Of a DNA stretch of 40,540 nt, positions 32,417 through 39,172 are shown piece after piece. The notes under the pieces were generated by a model. That model was not told the origin of the DNA, did not search any database, and saw nothing but the letters and a program-made list of their open reading frames with translations. Source of the stretch: an uncultured Anaerolineae bacterium (lineage in GTDB: Bacteria > Chloroflexota > Anaerolineae > Aggregatilineales > UBA3940); contig CAZWUX010000005.1 in the NCBI GenBank assembly GCA_964637665.1, positions 932-41,471 on the forward strand, given 5' to 3'. A program made the position numbers and the translations under genes. The first letter of the stretch is position 1, and each line of letters starts with the position of its first letter.

Positions 32417-33346
32417 ATGATGACTGCCAACCGAACGCAGAGGATGTGGCTCACCGTCGCGCTGCTGGCCCTGACGCTGGCACTGGCGGGGGCGATCCTG
32501 CCCTCCCACGCATGGGCACAGGCCGACATCACCCTCGAAACCGTAACGGTGCGCGTCTGGCCGGAGTTCGACCAGCCCTCCGCGCTCGTCTTCTACGTCG
32601 GCGATCTGCCTGCGGATACCGCTTTTCCGGTCGATGTTCGCATCCCGATCCCATCCGGCGTCGATGTGAACGCCGTCGCCTACACGGATGAGACGACGGG
32701 CGAATTGTTCTCCGCCGATTACGAGGTGGTGGACGGCGCGGTCACCATGTCACTGCCGGGGCCAACCTTCTGGATCGAGTTCTACGACGATCTGACCATC
32801 GACGGCGATACCCGCCAGTACGAGGCGACGTGGACCTCCCCCTATCTGGTCGAGACGCTGATCTGGGAGATCGAGCTGCCCGTCGGCGGCACGAATTTCG
32901 AACTCGACACGGGGGCCGCCAGCGAAGCGGTCACCGATCCGAACGGCCTACCCGCTTTCCGGGTCACGGAGACGGGCGTCGACGCGGGTGAAACGGCAGC
33001 GCTGGCCTTCACCTACACCAAGGCGGACGACGCGCTGTCCATCGACCAGATACAACCTGCTGCCGCTGCCGGGGGGGAAACCACCGCGACGCCGCCACCA
33101 GCGTCCTCCAACGAGCCGCCAACGTGGCTGATCATCCTGCTGCTCGTGGTGGGGCTGGGCCTCGTCGGGCTGGGCGTGTGGTGGTTCCTGCGACAGTCCG
33201 GCTCAGCCCGTCCATCGGGCGGCAGACGCGCCCCCGGAAGCCGCTCTAGCGGCGGAGGCGGCGCGCGCTTCTGCACGAAGTGCGGCGCACGGGCTCAGCC
33301 CGGCGACAAGTTCTGCCGCGAGTGCGGCACGAAGCTGCGGACATAA
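32417..33346 (+). CDS. Bitopic membrane protein: signal peptide, extracytoplasmic domain of unknown family, TM helix, cytoplasmic Gly/Arg/Ser linker and C-terminal zinc-ribbon
   Basis: Signal MMTANRTQRMWLTVALLALTLALAGAILPSHAWA. TM helix WLIILLLVVGLGLVGLGVWWF. Zinc ribbon FCTKCGARAQPGDKFCRECG. The exact start is uncertain. Confidence 0.6.
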   Translation: MMTANRTQRMWLTVALLALTLALAGAILPSHAWAQADITLETVTVRVWPEFDQPSALVFYVGDLPADTAFPVDVRIPIPSGVDVNAVAYTDETTGELFSADYEVVDGAVTMSLPGPTFWIEFYDDLTIDGDTRQYEATWTSPYLVETLIWEIELPVGGTNFELDTGAASEAVTDPNGLPAFRVTETGVDAGETAALAFTYTKADDALSIDQIQPAAAAGGETTATPPPASSNEPPTWLIILLLVVGLGLVGLGVWWFLRQSGSARPSGGRRAPGSRSSGGGGARFCTKCGARAQPGDKFCRECGTKLRT

Positions 33347-33364
33347 GCCATCCACACGAAATGG

Positions 33365-33399
33365 ATGCCCCTGCCGCCGGTTGGCAGGGGCATTTTGTT
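33365..33399 (+). terminator. Rho-independent terminator closing the Rieske/cytochrome transcription unit
   Basis: ATGCCCCTGCC-gccggtt-GGCAGGGGCAT followed by TTTTGTT. Confidence 0.7.
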
Positions 33400-33455
33400 A
33401 TGCCATCATAGCATAGGTACGATGGACGGTTGAACATCCCCGGAAAGGACGGCCT

Positions 33456-34139
33456 GTGACGGTGTCGGCCACCGATTTTTCGCTCTCGGAGCGGCTGTCT
33501 CAACATCCGTATTTTCGCAACCTTGCCCCCGGCGGCGTCGAGCTGCTCGCCTCGTCGGCGCTGCGCCGCCGTTTTGCGGCGGGCGAAGTGCTCTTTCTGG
33601 AGGGCGATCCGTCCGCCGGGCTGTGGGTCGTCGAGCGGGGGCGGATCAAGGTCTACAAGCTGCACGTCGAGGGGCGCGAGCACATCCTCCACCTGTTCGG
33701 CCCCGGCGATTCGTTCAACGAGGTCGCCGCGCTCGACGGCGGCCCGAATCCGGCCAACGCGGGCGCGCTCAGCGATGCGGTCGTCTGGGTCGTGCCCGCC
33801 GACGTGATTCAGTCGATGCTGGCGCGCGATCCGTCGCTGGCGCAGGCCGTGATTCACGGGATGAGCGAGCGGATGCGAATGCTCGTCCAGCAGATCGAAG
33901 CCCTCGCCCTGTACGCCGTGCAGGCGCGGCTCGCCCGCTTCCTGATTGACCGGTCGGAGGACCCGGCGCTCGAAGGGCCGGGCATCACCCGCGCGGCGAT
34001 TGCCGCCCACCTCGCCACCACGCCCGAAACCGTCAGCCGGGCGCTGCGCGCGCTGGAGGAGGCCGGGGCGATCCGCTTCGACCGCCACCGTATTGTGATC
34101 GTTGACCTCGACCTGCTGCGCAGCCTCGCCCTGCTGTAG
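33456..34139 (+). CDS. Crp/Fnr family transcriptional regulator, without the FNR N-terminal Cys cluster (Dnr/NnrR-like class by that criterion)
   Basis: cNMP-binding-type beta-roll (FLEGDPSAGLWVVERGRIKVY) and C-terminal HTH ITRAAIAAHLATTPETVSRALRALEEAGAI with the E--SR recognition motif. There are no cysteines anywhere in the 227-aa protein. Confidence 0.9.
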   Translation: MTVSATDFSLSERLSQHPYFRNLAPGGVELLASSALRRRFAAGEVLFLEGDPSAGLWVVERGRIKVYKLHVEGREHILHLFGPGDSFNEVAALDGGPNPANAGALSDAVVWVVPADVIQSMLARDPSLAQAVIHGMSERMRMLVQQIEALALYAVQARLARFLIDRSEDPALEGPGITRAAIAAHLATTPETVSRALRALEEAGAIRFDRHRIVIVDLDLLRSLALL

Positions 34140-34248
34140 CCCTCCCCACTGCTCGCCAACCCGCCGATTTCGCGCATCGCCCCGGCGGTTCATGGCGGTA
34201 CGTGCCTCGTGAGCCGTTCGTTTTCAGGCCCGGTGATCTGCATCCCAA

Positions 34249-34262
34249 TTGATCTGGATCAA
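34249..34262 (+). promoter_or_regulatory. Perfect FNR/Dnr-type box TTGAT-N4-ATCAA
   Basis: TTGATCTGGATCAA is centred 56.5 nt upstream of the ferredoxin ATG. A TATCCT -10-like hexamer at 34285-34290 fits a class II (-41.5) arrangement. Confidence 0.65.
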
Positions 34263-34311
34263 GGAAGAACAGGTTTAACGCGGTTATCCTGCAATCAGGA
34301 GATCGTGATTT

Positions 34312-34542
34312 ATGGCACAACCATTTGACCGTGCGTGGCTGCCCATCATCGACGGCACGCGCTGCGAGGGGTGCGGCGACTGCGTGGCGGCCTGTCCGGC
34401 GGGCGCGCTGGCATTGGTGGAGGGGCGGGCCGCGCTCATCCATCCGGCTGACTGCACCTACTGCACGGCCTGCGAAGACCTCTGCCCGAACGGCGCGATT
34501 GCGCTTCCCTTCCTGATTTGCCGGGGGGACGCGGAGACGTGA
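34312..34542 (+). CDS. 2x[4Fe-4S] ferredoxin (76 aa)
   Basis: CEGCGDCVAACP and CTYCTACEDLCP. Confidence 0.9.
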   Translation: MAQPFDRAWLPIIDGTRCEGCGDCVAACPAGALALVEGRAALIHPADCTYCTACEDLCPNGAIALPFLICRGDAET

Positions 34543-34659
34543 AGGCCGTTTAATGGCAGGGGGATGCCTGGCCGCGCGGCGGAGGGAGGCGTCGGCTGGC
34601 AGGTGGGGATCGCCATTCCGTAAATTCAGGTTAGGGAGTCGCATACCACGAGGTTGCAG

Positions 34660-35055
34660 ATGCCTTTCCTGACCCGCCTTTTTATCCGTACCTCACTGGC
34701 CTATTTCCTTCTCGCGCTCGTCGCGGGGATTCTGCTGGCCCTGCCCGTGCCAGTGCCGGGGTTGCGCCCGGTTTACTTCCACCTGCTGATGGTCGGCTGG
34801 GTGACGCAGCTTATCGTCGGCGTGGCGCACTGGATGTTCCCGAAATATTCCGCCGACAGGCCGCGCGGCAGCCGGACGCTGGCCTGGGCGACGTTCATCC
34901 TGCTCAATGCCGGGCTGTTGATGCGCGCCCTCGGCGAGCCGCTGGTCGCCTCTGGCGCTCCGGTGGGTGGGCTGCTGGCCGCGTCGGCGGTCCTTCAAGC
35001 GCTCGGCGGCTGGACGTTCGTCGTCAACGTGTGGCCCCGCGTGAAGGAGCGCTAG
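34660..35055 (+). CDS. Four-helix integral membrane protein, unknown family (paralogue A)
   Basis: About 4 predicted TM helices. Shares H..L.(L)MVGW..QL..GVA.W..P+.S..RPR ... LLNAG.L ... ALG...F....W.RVK with the next gene. ATG at 34660 (GAGG upstream); the track starts at TTG 34654. Confidence 0.6.
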   Translation: MPFLTRLFIRTSLAYFLLALVAGILLALPVPVPGLRPVYFHLLMVGWVTQLIVGVAHWMFPKYSADRPRGSRTLAWATFILLNAGLLMRALGEPLVASGAPVGGLLAASAVLQALGGWTFVVNVWPRVKER

Positions 35056-35460
35056 ATGCCGCGCCTCAGCACGTGGATGGTGCGCGTGGCGCTCGTCCAC
35101 TTCGGCCTCGGATTCACGTTCGGCGCGCTGATGCTGTGGAACAAAGGACTGCCGGTGTCGGGCGCGCTGTGGCGGCTGCTGCCTCTCCACACCGAGCTGG
35201 TTCTCATGGGCTGGACCGTTCAGCTTGCGATGGGCGTCGCGTTCTGGATTCTGCCGCGCTTCTCCGGCAGGCGTCCGCGTGCGTGGCTGGCATGGCTGGC
35301 CTTCGGGCTGCTGAACGCGGGCGTGCTGAGCGTCTGTGCCGGGCGCTGGTGGCCTGAGGTGGGCGGGCTCATCGCGGTTGGCCGGATCGTCGAAGCGCTG
35401 GGTGTGGCAGCCTTCGCTGCGCACGCATGGTCACGCGTCAAGTCGCCGGGCGCGCGGTGA
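35056..35460 (+). CDS. Four-helix integral membrane protein, unknown family (paralogue B)
   Basis: Its ATG directly abuts the stop of paralogue A (TAGATG). It carries the same motif set (LHTELVLMGWTVQLAMGVAFWILPRFSGRRPR, LLNAGVL, EALGVAAFAAHAWSRVK). Confidence 0.6.
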   Translation: MPRLSTWMVRVALVHFGLGFTFGALMLWNKGLPVSGALWRLLPLHTELVLMGWTVQLAMGVAFWILPRFSGRRPRAWLAWLAFGLLNAGVLSVCAGRWWPEVGGLIAVGRIVEALGVAAFAAHAWSRVKSPGAR

Positions 35461-35494
35461 TAGATCGATGGATGGACTGAAAGGGGGGAGCCTC

Positions 35495-36448
35495 ATGCTC
35501 GGCTCATTGGCGGATACAAATTTTGCGGAAGAGCTGCTGGCCGTGCAGGCGCGAAGCTGGCCCTCGTGGGAGCTGGCCGGTCTGCGCCCCACGCCGGAGG
35601 AAACCTGGGAGCGCTTGCGTGTGTTCCTCAAATTCGGTCAGGACGACCGGGCGGCGATGCTCCAAACCGTCGAGCCGCTTCTCAAGCGGGCGCACGAGCT
35701 TGTCGTCAGCAACTACGATCACCTCCTGTCCGACGAGGGCGCAGCGGCGGTTCTTGGCTGGGAGGAGGGCCCCGACCCGGCTCACCTCGCCGAGCGCCGC
35801 CAGTTTTTCACAGTGTGGATCGCCCGCACGCTCGGCATGGACCTGAGCGACGATTTCGCCCGCTACCTGTTCCGGGCGGGCCGGATGCACGCCGCCCACG
35901 GCCCGCGCGAGGTCCACGTCCCGGAGTTGTACGTCACCGGGGCGATCAGCCTCGTCCACGCGGCGTTCGCGCGCTTTCTGGCCGAGGAGATGCCGGGTGC
36001 GCCCGTCGTGCCGCCCGCGCTGGCAGGCTGGAATAAGATGTTGGCGATGCACCTTCAAATGATGCTCGACGGCTACCACGCGGCGCGCGACGTGGATCGG
36101 GGCGATTTCGCCGTCCCGGTCAGGTTGTTCGGGCTGGTGCGGGCGGCGGCAGGCCGCAGTGAGCTGCCCATCGCCGTTCCGATCGGCGCGACGGTGGCGG
36201 ACGTGCTGCGCAAGTTCTTCAACTACTATCCTCACATCCGGGGCCTCGTGCTTGAGAAGCGCGAAAGGGAGGCCGATCAGCCGGAGGGTGTCGGCACGCC
36301 CTGGGTCACGCTCGACCGGGTTTACGTCGTGCGGAATCACCCGGCGTGGCGAGTCCTGCTTAACGGGCGCAACGTCGCGCACCTCGGCGGGCCGGACGTT
36401 TCCGTGTCCGAGGGGGATGACCTCCAGCTGTTCTCGCCCGGACGCTAG
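35495..36448 (+). CDS. Protoglobin (globin-coupled-sensor-type haem domain) fused to a C-terminal MoaD/ThiS-like beta-grasp domain that lacks the terminal Gly-Gly
   Basis: The N-terminal part aligns by eye with Methanosarcina protoglobin as I remember it (..VSNYDHLL.., ERRQFFTVWIARTL, FRAGRMHAAHG with a candidate proximal His, YVTGAISLV, WNKMLAMHLQMMLDGY). The C-terminal VRLFGLVRAAAGRSELPIAVPIGATVADVLRKFFNYYP...VLLNGRNVAHLGGPDVSVSEGDDLQLFSPGR follows the MoaD pattern (V.FFA.vRe..G......tV..L......P....avN...v.....l.dGDEvAffPPvtGG) but ends in PGR. The start is either the ATG at 35495 (GGGGGAG upstream) or the ATG at 35468. Confidence 0.8.
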   Translation: MLGSLADTNFAEELLAVQARSWPSWELAGLRPTPEETWERLRVFLKFGQDDRAAMLQTVEPLLKRAHELVVSNYDHLLSDEGAAAVLGWEEGPDPAHLAERRQFFTVWIARTLGMDLSDDFARYLFRAGRMHAAHGPREVHVPELYVTGAISLVHAAFARFLAEEMPGAPVVPPALAGWNKMLAMHLQMMLDGYHAARDVDRGDFAVPVRLFGLVRAAAGRSELPIAVPIGATVADVLRKFFNYYPHIRGLVLEKREREADQPEGVGTPWVTLDRVYVVRNHPAWRVLLNGRNVAHLGGPDVSVSEGDDLQLFSPGR

Positions 36449-36484
36449 CGATCAACGTCGTTTACGGAAAGGTGATGCACTGAT

Positions 36485-36817
36485 ATGGACCCCTATACCT
36501 ATCTAGCCGATCTGCCGGGGATGCTGCCCGGCGTGCCTCAGGACAGCATCCTCAGCCGGACGGTGTTCGCCGACGGCCAGATGAAGACCGTGCTGTTCCG
36601 GTTTGCCGCGGGCGAGGAGCTTTCCGAGCACACGTCGACCCAGACGGCGGTTCTGTATTTCGTCGAGGGCGAGGCCAGCGTGACGCTGGCCGGGGATGAG
36701 GTCGAGGCCCGGCCCGGTACGTGGATTCACATGCAGCCGCGTCTGGAGCACAGCATCCGGGCGCGCACCCCGGTCACGATGCTGCTGATGATGATCCAGC
36801 CGCTCGAAGGCGAGTAG
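36485..36817 (+). CDS. Cupin-domain protein (110 aa)
   Basis: Cupin_2-like GEELSEHTS...YFVEGEA...G.......PGTWIHMQPRLEHSIRA. Confidence 0.75.
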   Translation: MDPYTYLADLPGMLPGVPQDSILSRTVFADGQMKTVLFRFAAGEELSEHTSTQTAVLYFVEGEASVTLAGDEVEARPGTWIHMQPRLEHSIRARTPVTMLLMMIQPLEGE

Positions 36818-36906
36818 ATCGGCCTCACGCTACCTCGTGAGCCTCCCGGCTCGCGCTCGACAGACCTGTTTCTGTATCCCCACTGCCTCACAGGAAGGGG
36901 CGAACG

Positions 36907-38196
36907 ATGGAACATGATGCCAACGAGAACGATCGCGGATCGCTGCGCGTGCTGATCGTCGGGCTGGTGGCGGTGGTCGCCGTCATCGGCCTGGCGCTCG
37001 TCGTGGGTGCGGTCGGCACGGGCCTGGGCCGCGCGGAGCAGGGCCGGGTGGACGCGCTGGCGAACAGCCGCAACGACTGTGTGACGTGCCACCGCCGCGA
37101 GACGCCCGGCATTGTCGCGCAGTACGGGGCCAGCACGATGGCCGCCGCCGAGGTGGTCTGCCAGGACTGCCACGAGGTCGCAGCGGACTACCCCGGCGCG
37201 GTCGAGCACGAAGGCACCTACGTGCTGCCCATGCCGACGACCGCCATGTGCTCGGAGTGCCACGCGGCGGAGGTCGCCCAGTTCAACCGGAGCCGCCACG
37301 GGCTGCCCGCCTACGTCGCCTACGCCGGGACCGAGGGCCTGTCGGACGAGCACCTTGCCTTTTATCAGAGCATCACCGAGGCCGATCCACCTCCCAACCC
37401 GGAGCGCAACGCCCTGTTCGCGCTCGAAGGCGAGGAGATCACCCAATTTGCTTGTGAGCAGTGCCACGACGTGGGCAAACCAGCAGCAGACGGCTCGGTG
37501 GGCGACTGCACGAAGTGCCACCTGCGCCACGAGTTCAGCCTGTCGCAGGTCCGCAAGCCGGAGACGTGCAACTACTGCCATATCGGCCCCGATCATCCGC
37601 AGTATGAGATCTACGTCGAGTCGCCGCACGGCATCGCCTACGCGACGGGCGGCGATACGTGGAACTGGGAGGCCGAACCCGGCACGCTGACGGTCGAGGA
37701 TTTCCCGGCCCCGACGTGCGCCACCTGCCATATCAGCGGGTTCGGCACGCAGGCCACGACGCACGACGTGGGCGAGCGCCTGACGTGGTATCTGTTCTCA
37801 CCGGTCAGCGAGCGCCGCCCATCGTGGCAGGATAACCGGCTGCGGATGCAGGGTGTGTGCTTCGAGTGCCACAATCAGGATTTCGTCGAGGACTACTACG
37901 ACAACGGCGATCTCGCCGTCGAGCACGTCAACGAGTGGGTGCTGGAGAGCCAGTCGATCACGCAGCCGCTCGCCGAAAACGGCCTGCTCACCGACGAGCC
38001 ATTCGACGAGCCAATCGATTTCACGTCGTTTAACCTGTGGCATCACTGGGGCCGCACGGCCAAGTTCGGCGTGTGGATGCAGGGGCCGGACTACACCCAG
38101 TGGCACGGCGCTTATGAGGTGCTGCACGACCTCGCGGAGCTTCGCGAGATGACGGACGAGAAACTCTCGGAGGCCGGGATCGAGGCAGGGCGGTAG
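36907..38196 (+). CDS. Octahaem cytochrome c of the hydroxylamine oxidoreductase (HAO) family, with N-terminal TM/signal anchor
   Basis: Eight CxxCH motifs (CVTCH, CQDCH, CSECH, CEQCH, CTKCH, CNYCH, CATCH, CFECH). CTKCHLRHEFSLSQVRKPETCNYCHIGPDHPQYEIYVESPHG closely parallels N. europaea HAO [42 protein letters not shown] (from memory). Hydrophobic segment LRVLIVGLVAVVAVIGLALVVGAVG. Confidence 0.9.
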   Translation: MEHDANENDRGSLRVLIVGLVAVVAVIGLALVVGAVGTGLGRAEQGRVDALANSRNDCVTCHRRETPGIVAQYGASTMAAAEVVCQDCHEVAADYPGAVEHEGTYVLPMPTTAMCSECHAAEVAQFNRSRHGLPAYVAYAGTEGLSDEHLAFYQSITEADPPPNPERNALFALEGEEITQFACEQCHDVGKPAADGSVGDCTKCHLRHEFSLSQVRKPETCNYCHIGPDHPQYEIYVESPHGIAYATGGDTWNWEAEPGTLTVEDFPAPTCATCHISGFGTQATTHDVGERLTWYLFSPVSERRPSWQDNRLRMQGVCFECHNQDFVEDYYDNGDLAVEHVNEWVLESQSITQPLAENGLLTDEPFDEPIDFTSFNLWHHWGRTAKFGVWMQGPDYTQWHGAYEVLHDLAELREMTDEKLSEAGIEAGR

Positions 38197-38198
38197 CC

Positions 38199-39107
38199 AT
38201 GTACCATCTGGCAACGCTCTACCCACCGGTCAGACGGGTCAGGCTGCCACTGAGCCGCGATCAGTTGATGCTGCTCATGGCGGCGATCAACGAGATATTC
38301 CTCGGCGTCGACATCTATCTGGCGCACAGCATCAGCGGGACCATCGTGCCCAACGAGTGGATTCCCATCATCTTCGGTCCGCTCGCCGGGGCGCTGCTGC
38401 TCATCGCCGGGTTGATCGCGATCCGCCGCCGTTCGCTGGCGACGGTTATCGCCAACGTCGTGTTTGTGGCGAGCATCGCCGTCGGCCTGCTCGGCGCGTA
38501 CTTCCACTGGCTGCGGGCCGTGCGCCCATTTGCCCCGCCCGGCGAGCGCCTGACCGTGACCCTGCTGATCTGGGCGCCGCCCGTGATCGGCCCCCTGATG
38601 TTCGCGATGGTCGGCTGGCTGGGCATCAGCGCGGCATGGGTCGAGAACCCGCCGGGCAGCGGCAGGCTCGTCCTGCTTGGCAACCGGACGCTCAATCTGC
38701 CCTACAGCAAGACGCGCGCCTACTTCTTCATCGTCGGGCTGGGCACGCTTGCCACCGTGCTGAGCAGCGTGCTCGATCACGCCCGCGCCGGTTTCGCCAA
38801 CCCCTGGCTGTGGCTGCCGACCGCCGCCGGGGTGTTCGGGACCGCCGTCGCGCTGACGCTCGGCACGATCCGGCGGCCCACCCCCACCGACCTCGCCACC
38901 TACGCGGGGGCGATGGTCCTGCTGATCCTCGTCGGCGTCGTGGGGGCGGCCCTGCACGTCAACGACAGCCTGACGAGCCGGGGCGTGTTCGTCGCCGAGC
39001 GGTTCATACGCGGCGCACCGGTCCTCGCCCCGCTACTGTTCGCCAACATGGGGGTGCTGGGGCTGATCGCGCTGCTCGATCCACGCGAATCACCCCCCGG
39101 ATCGTAG
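38199..39107 (+). CDS. Polytopic (about 8 TM) membrane protein with internal 2 x 4-TM duplication and four positionally conserved His; unknown family
   Basis: The ATG lies 2 nt after the HAO-like stop. Matched halves: YLAHS / VLDHA, GAYFHW / GAALHV and APPVIGPLMFAMVGWLG / GAPVLAPLLFANMGVLG. Confidence 0.7.
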   Translation: MYHLATLYPPVRRVRLPLSRDQLMLLMAAINEIFLGVDIYLAHSISGTIVPNEWIPIIFGPLAGALLLIAGLIAIRRRSLATVIANVVFVASIAVGLLGAYFHWLRAVRPFAPPGERLTVTLLIWAPPVIGPLMFAMVGWLGISAAWVENPPGSGRLVLLGNRTLNLPYSKTRAYFFIVGLGTLATVLSSVLDHARAGFANPWLWLPTAAGVFGTAVALTLGTIRRPTPTDLATYAGAMVLLILVGVVGAALHVNDSLTSRGVFVAERFIRGAPVLAPLLFANMGVLGLIALLDPRESPPGS

Positions 39108-39146
39108 CGCTCTGCTGGACGCATCAAAGGCGCTCTGGTAAACTCG

Positions 39147-39172
39147 CGAGGGCCAGTTCGAACTGGCCCTCG
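39147..39172. terminator. 26-nt perfect palindrome (strong hairpin) at the end of the gene string; candidate bidirectional or factor-assisted terminator, or a protein-binding site
   Basis: CGAGGGCCAGTTCGAACTGGCCCTCG. There is no U-tract on either side. Confidence 0.45.

Noticed and set aside
35336-35494. 5' extensions of supplied ORFs. Examples: 35336 for the protoglobin gene, 1063 for rhomboid, 2589 for M42, 5440 for the Ig-like protein, 28781 for panE, 26240 for coaX and 15467 for the TPR protein.
   Set aside because: The extensions overlap upstream genes and lack family similarity. Internal starts have better Shine-Dalgarno sequences or family-typical N-termini, so I trimmed the coordinates.
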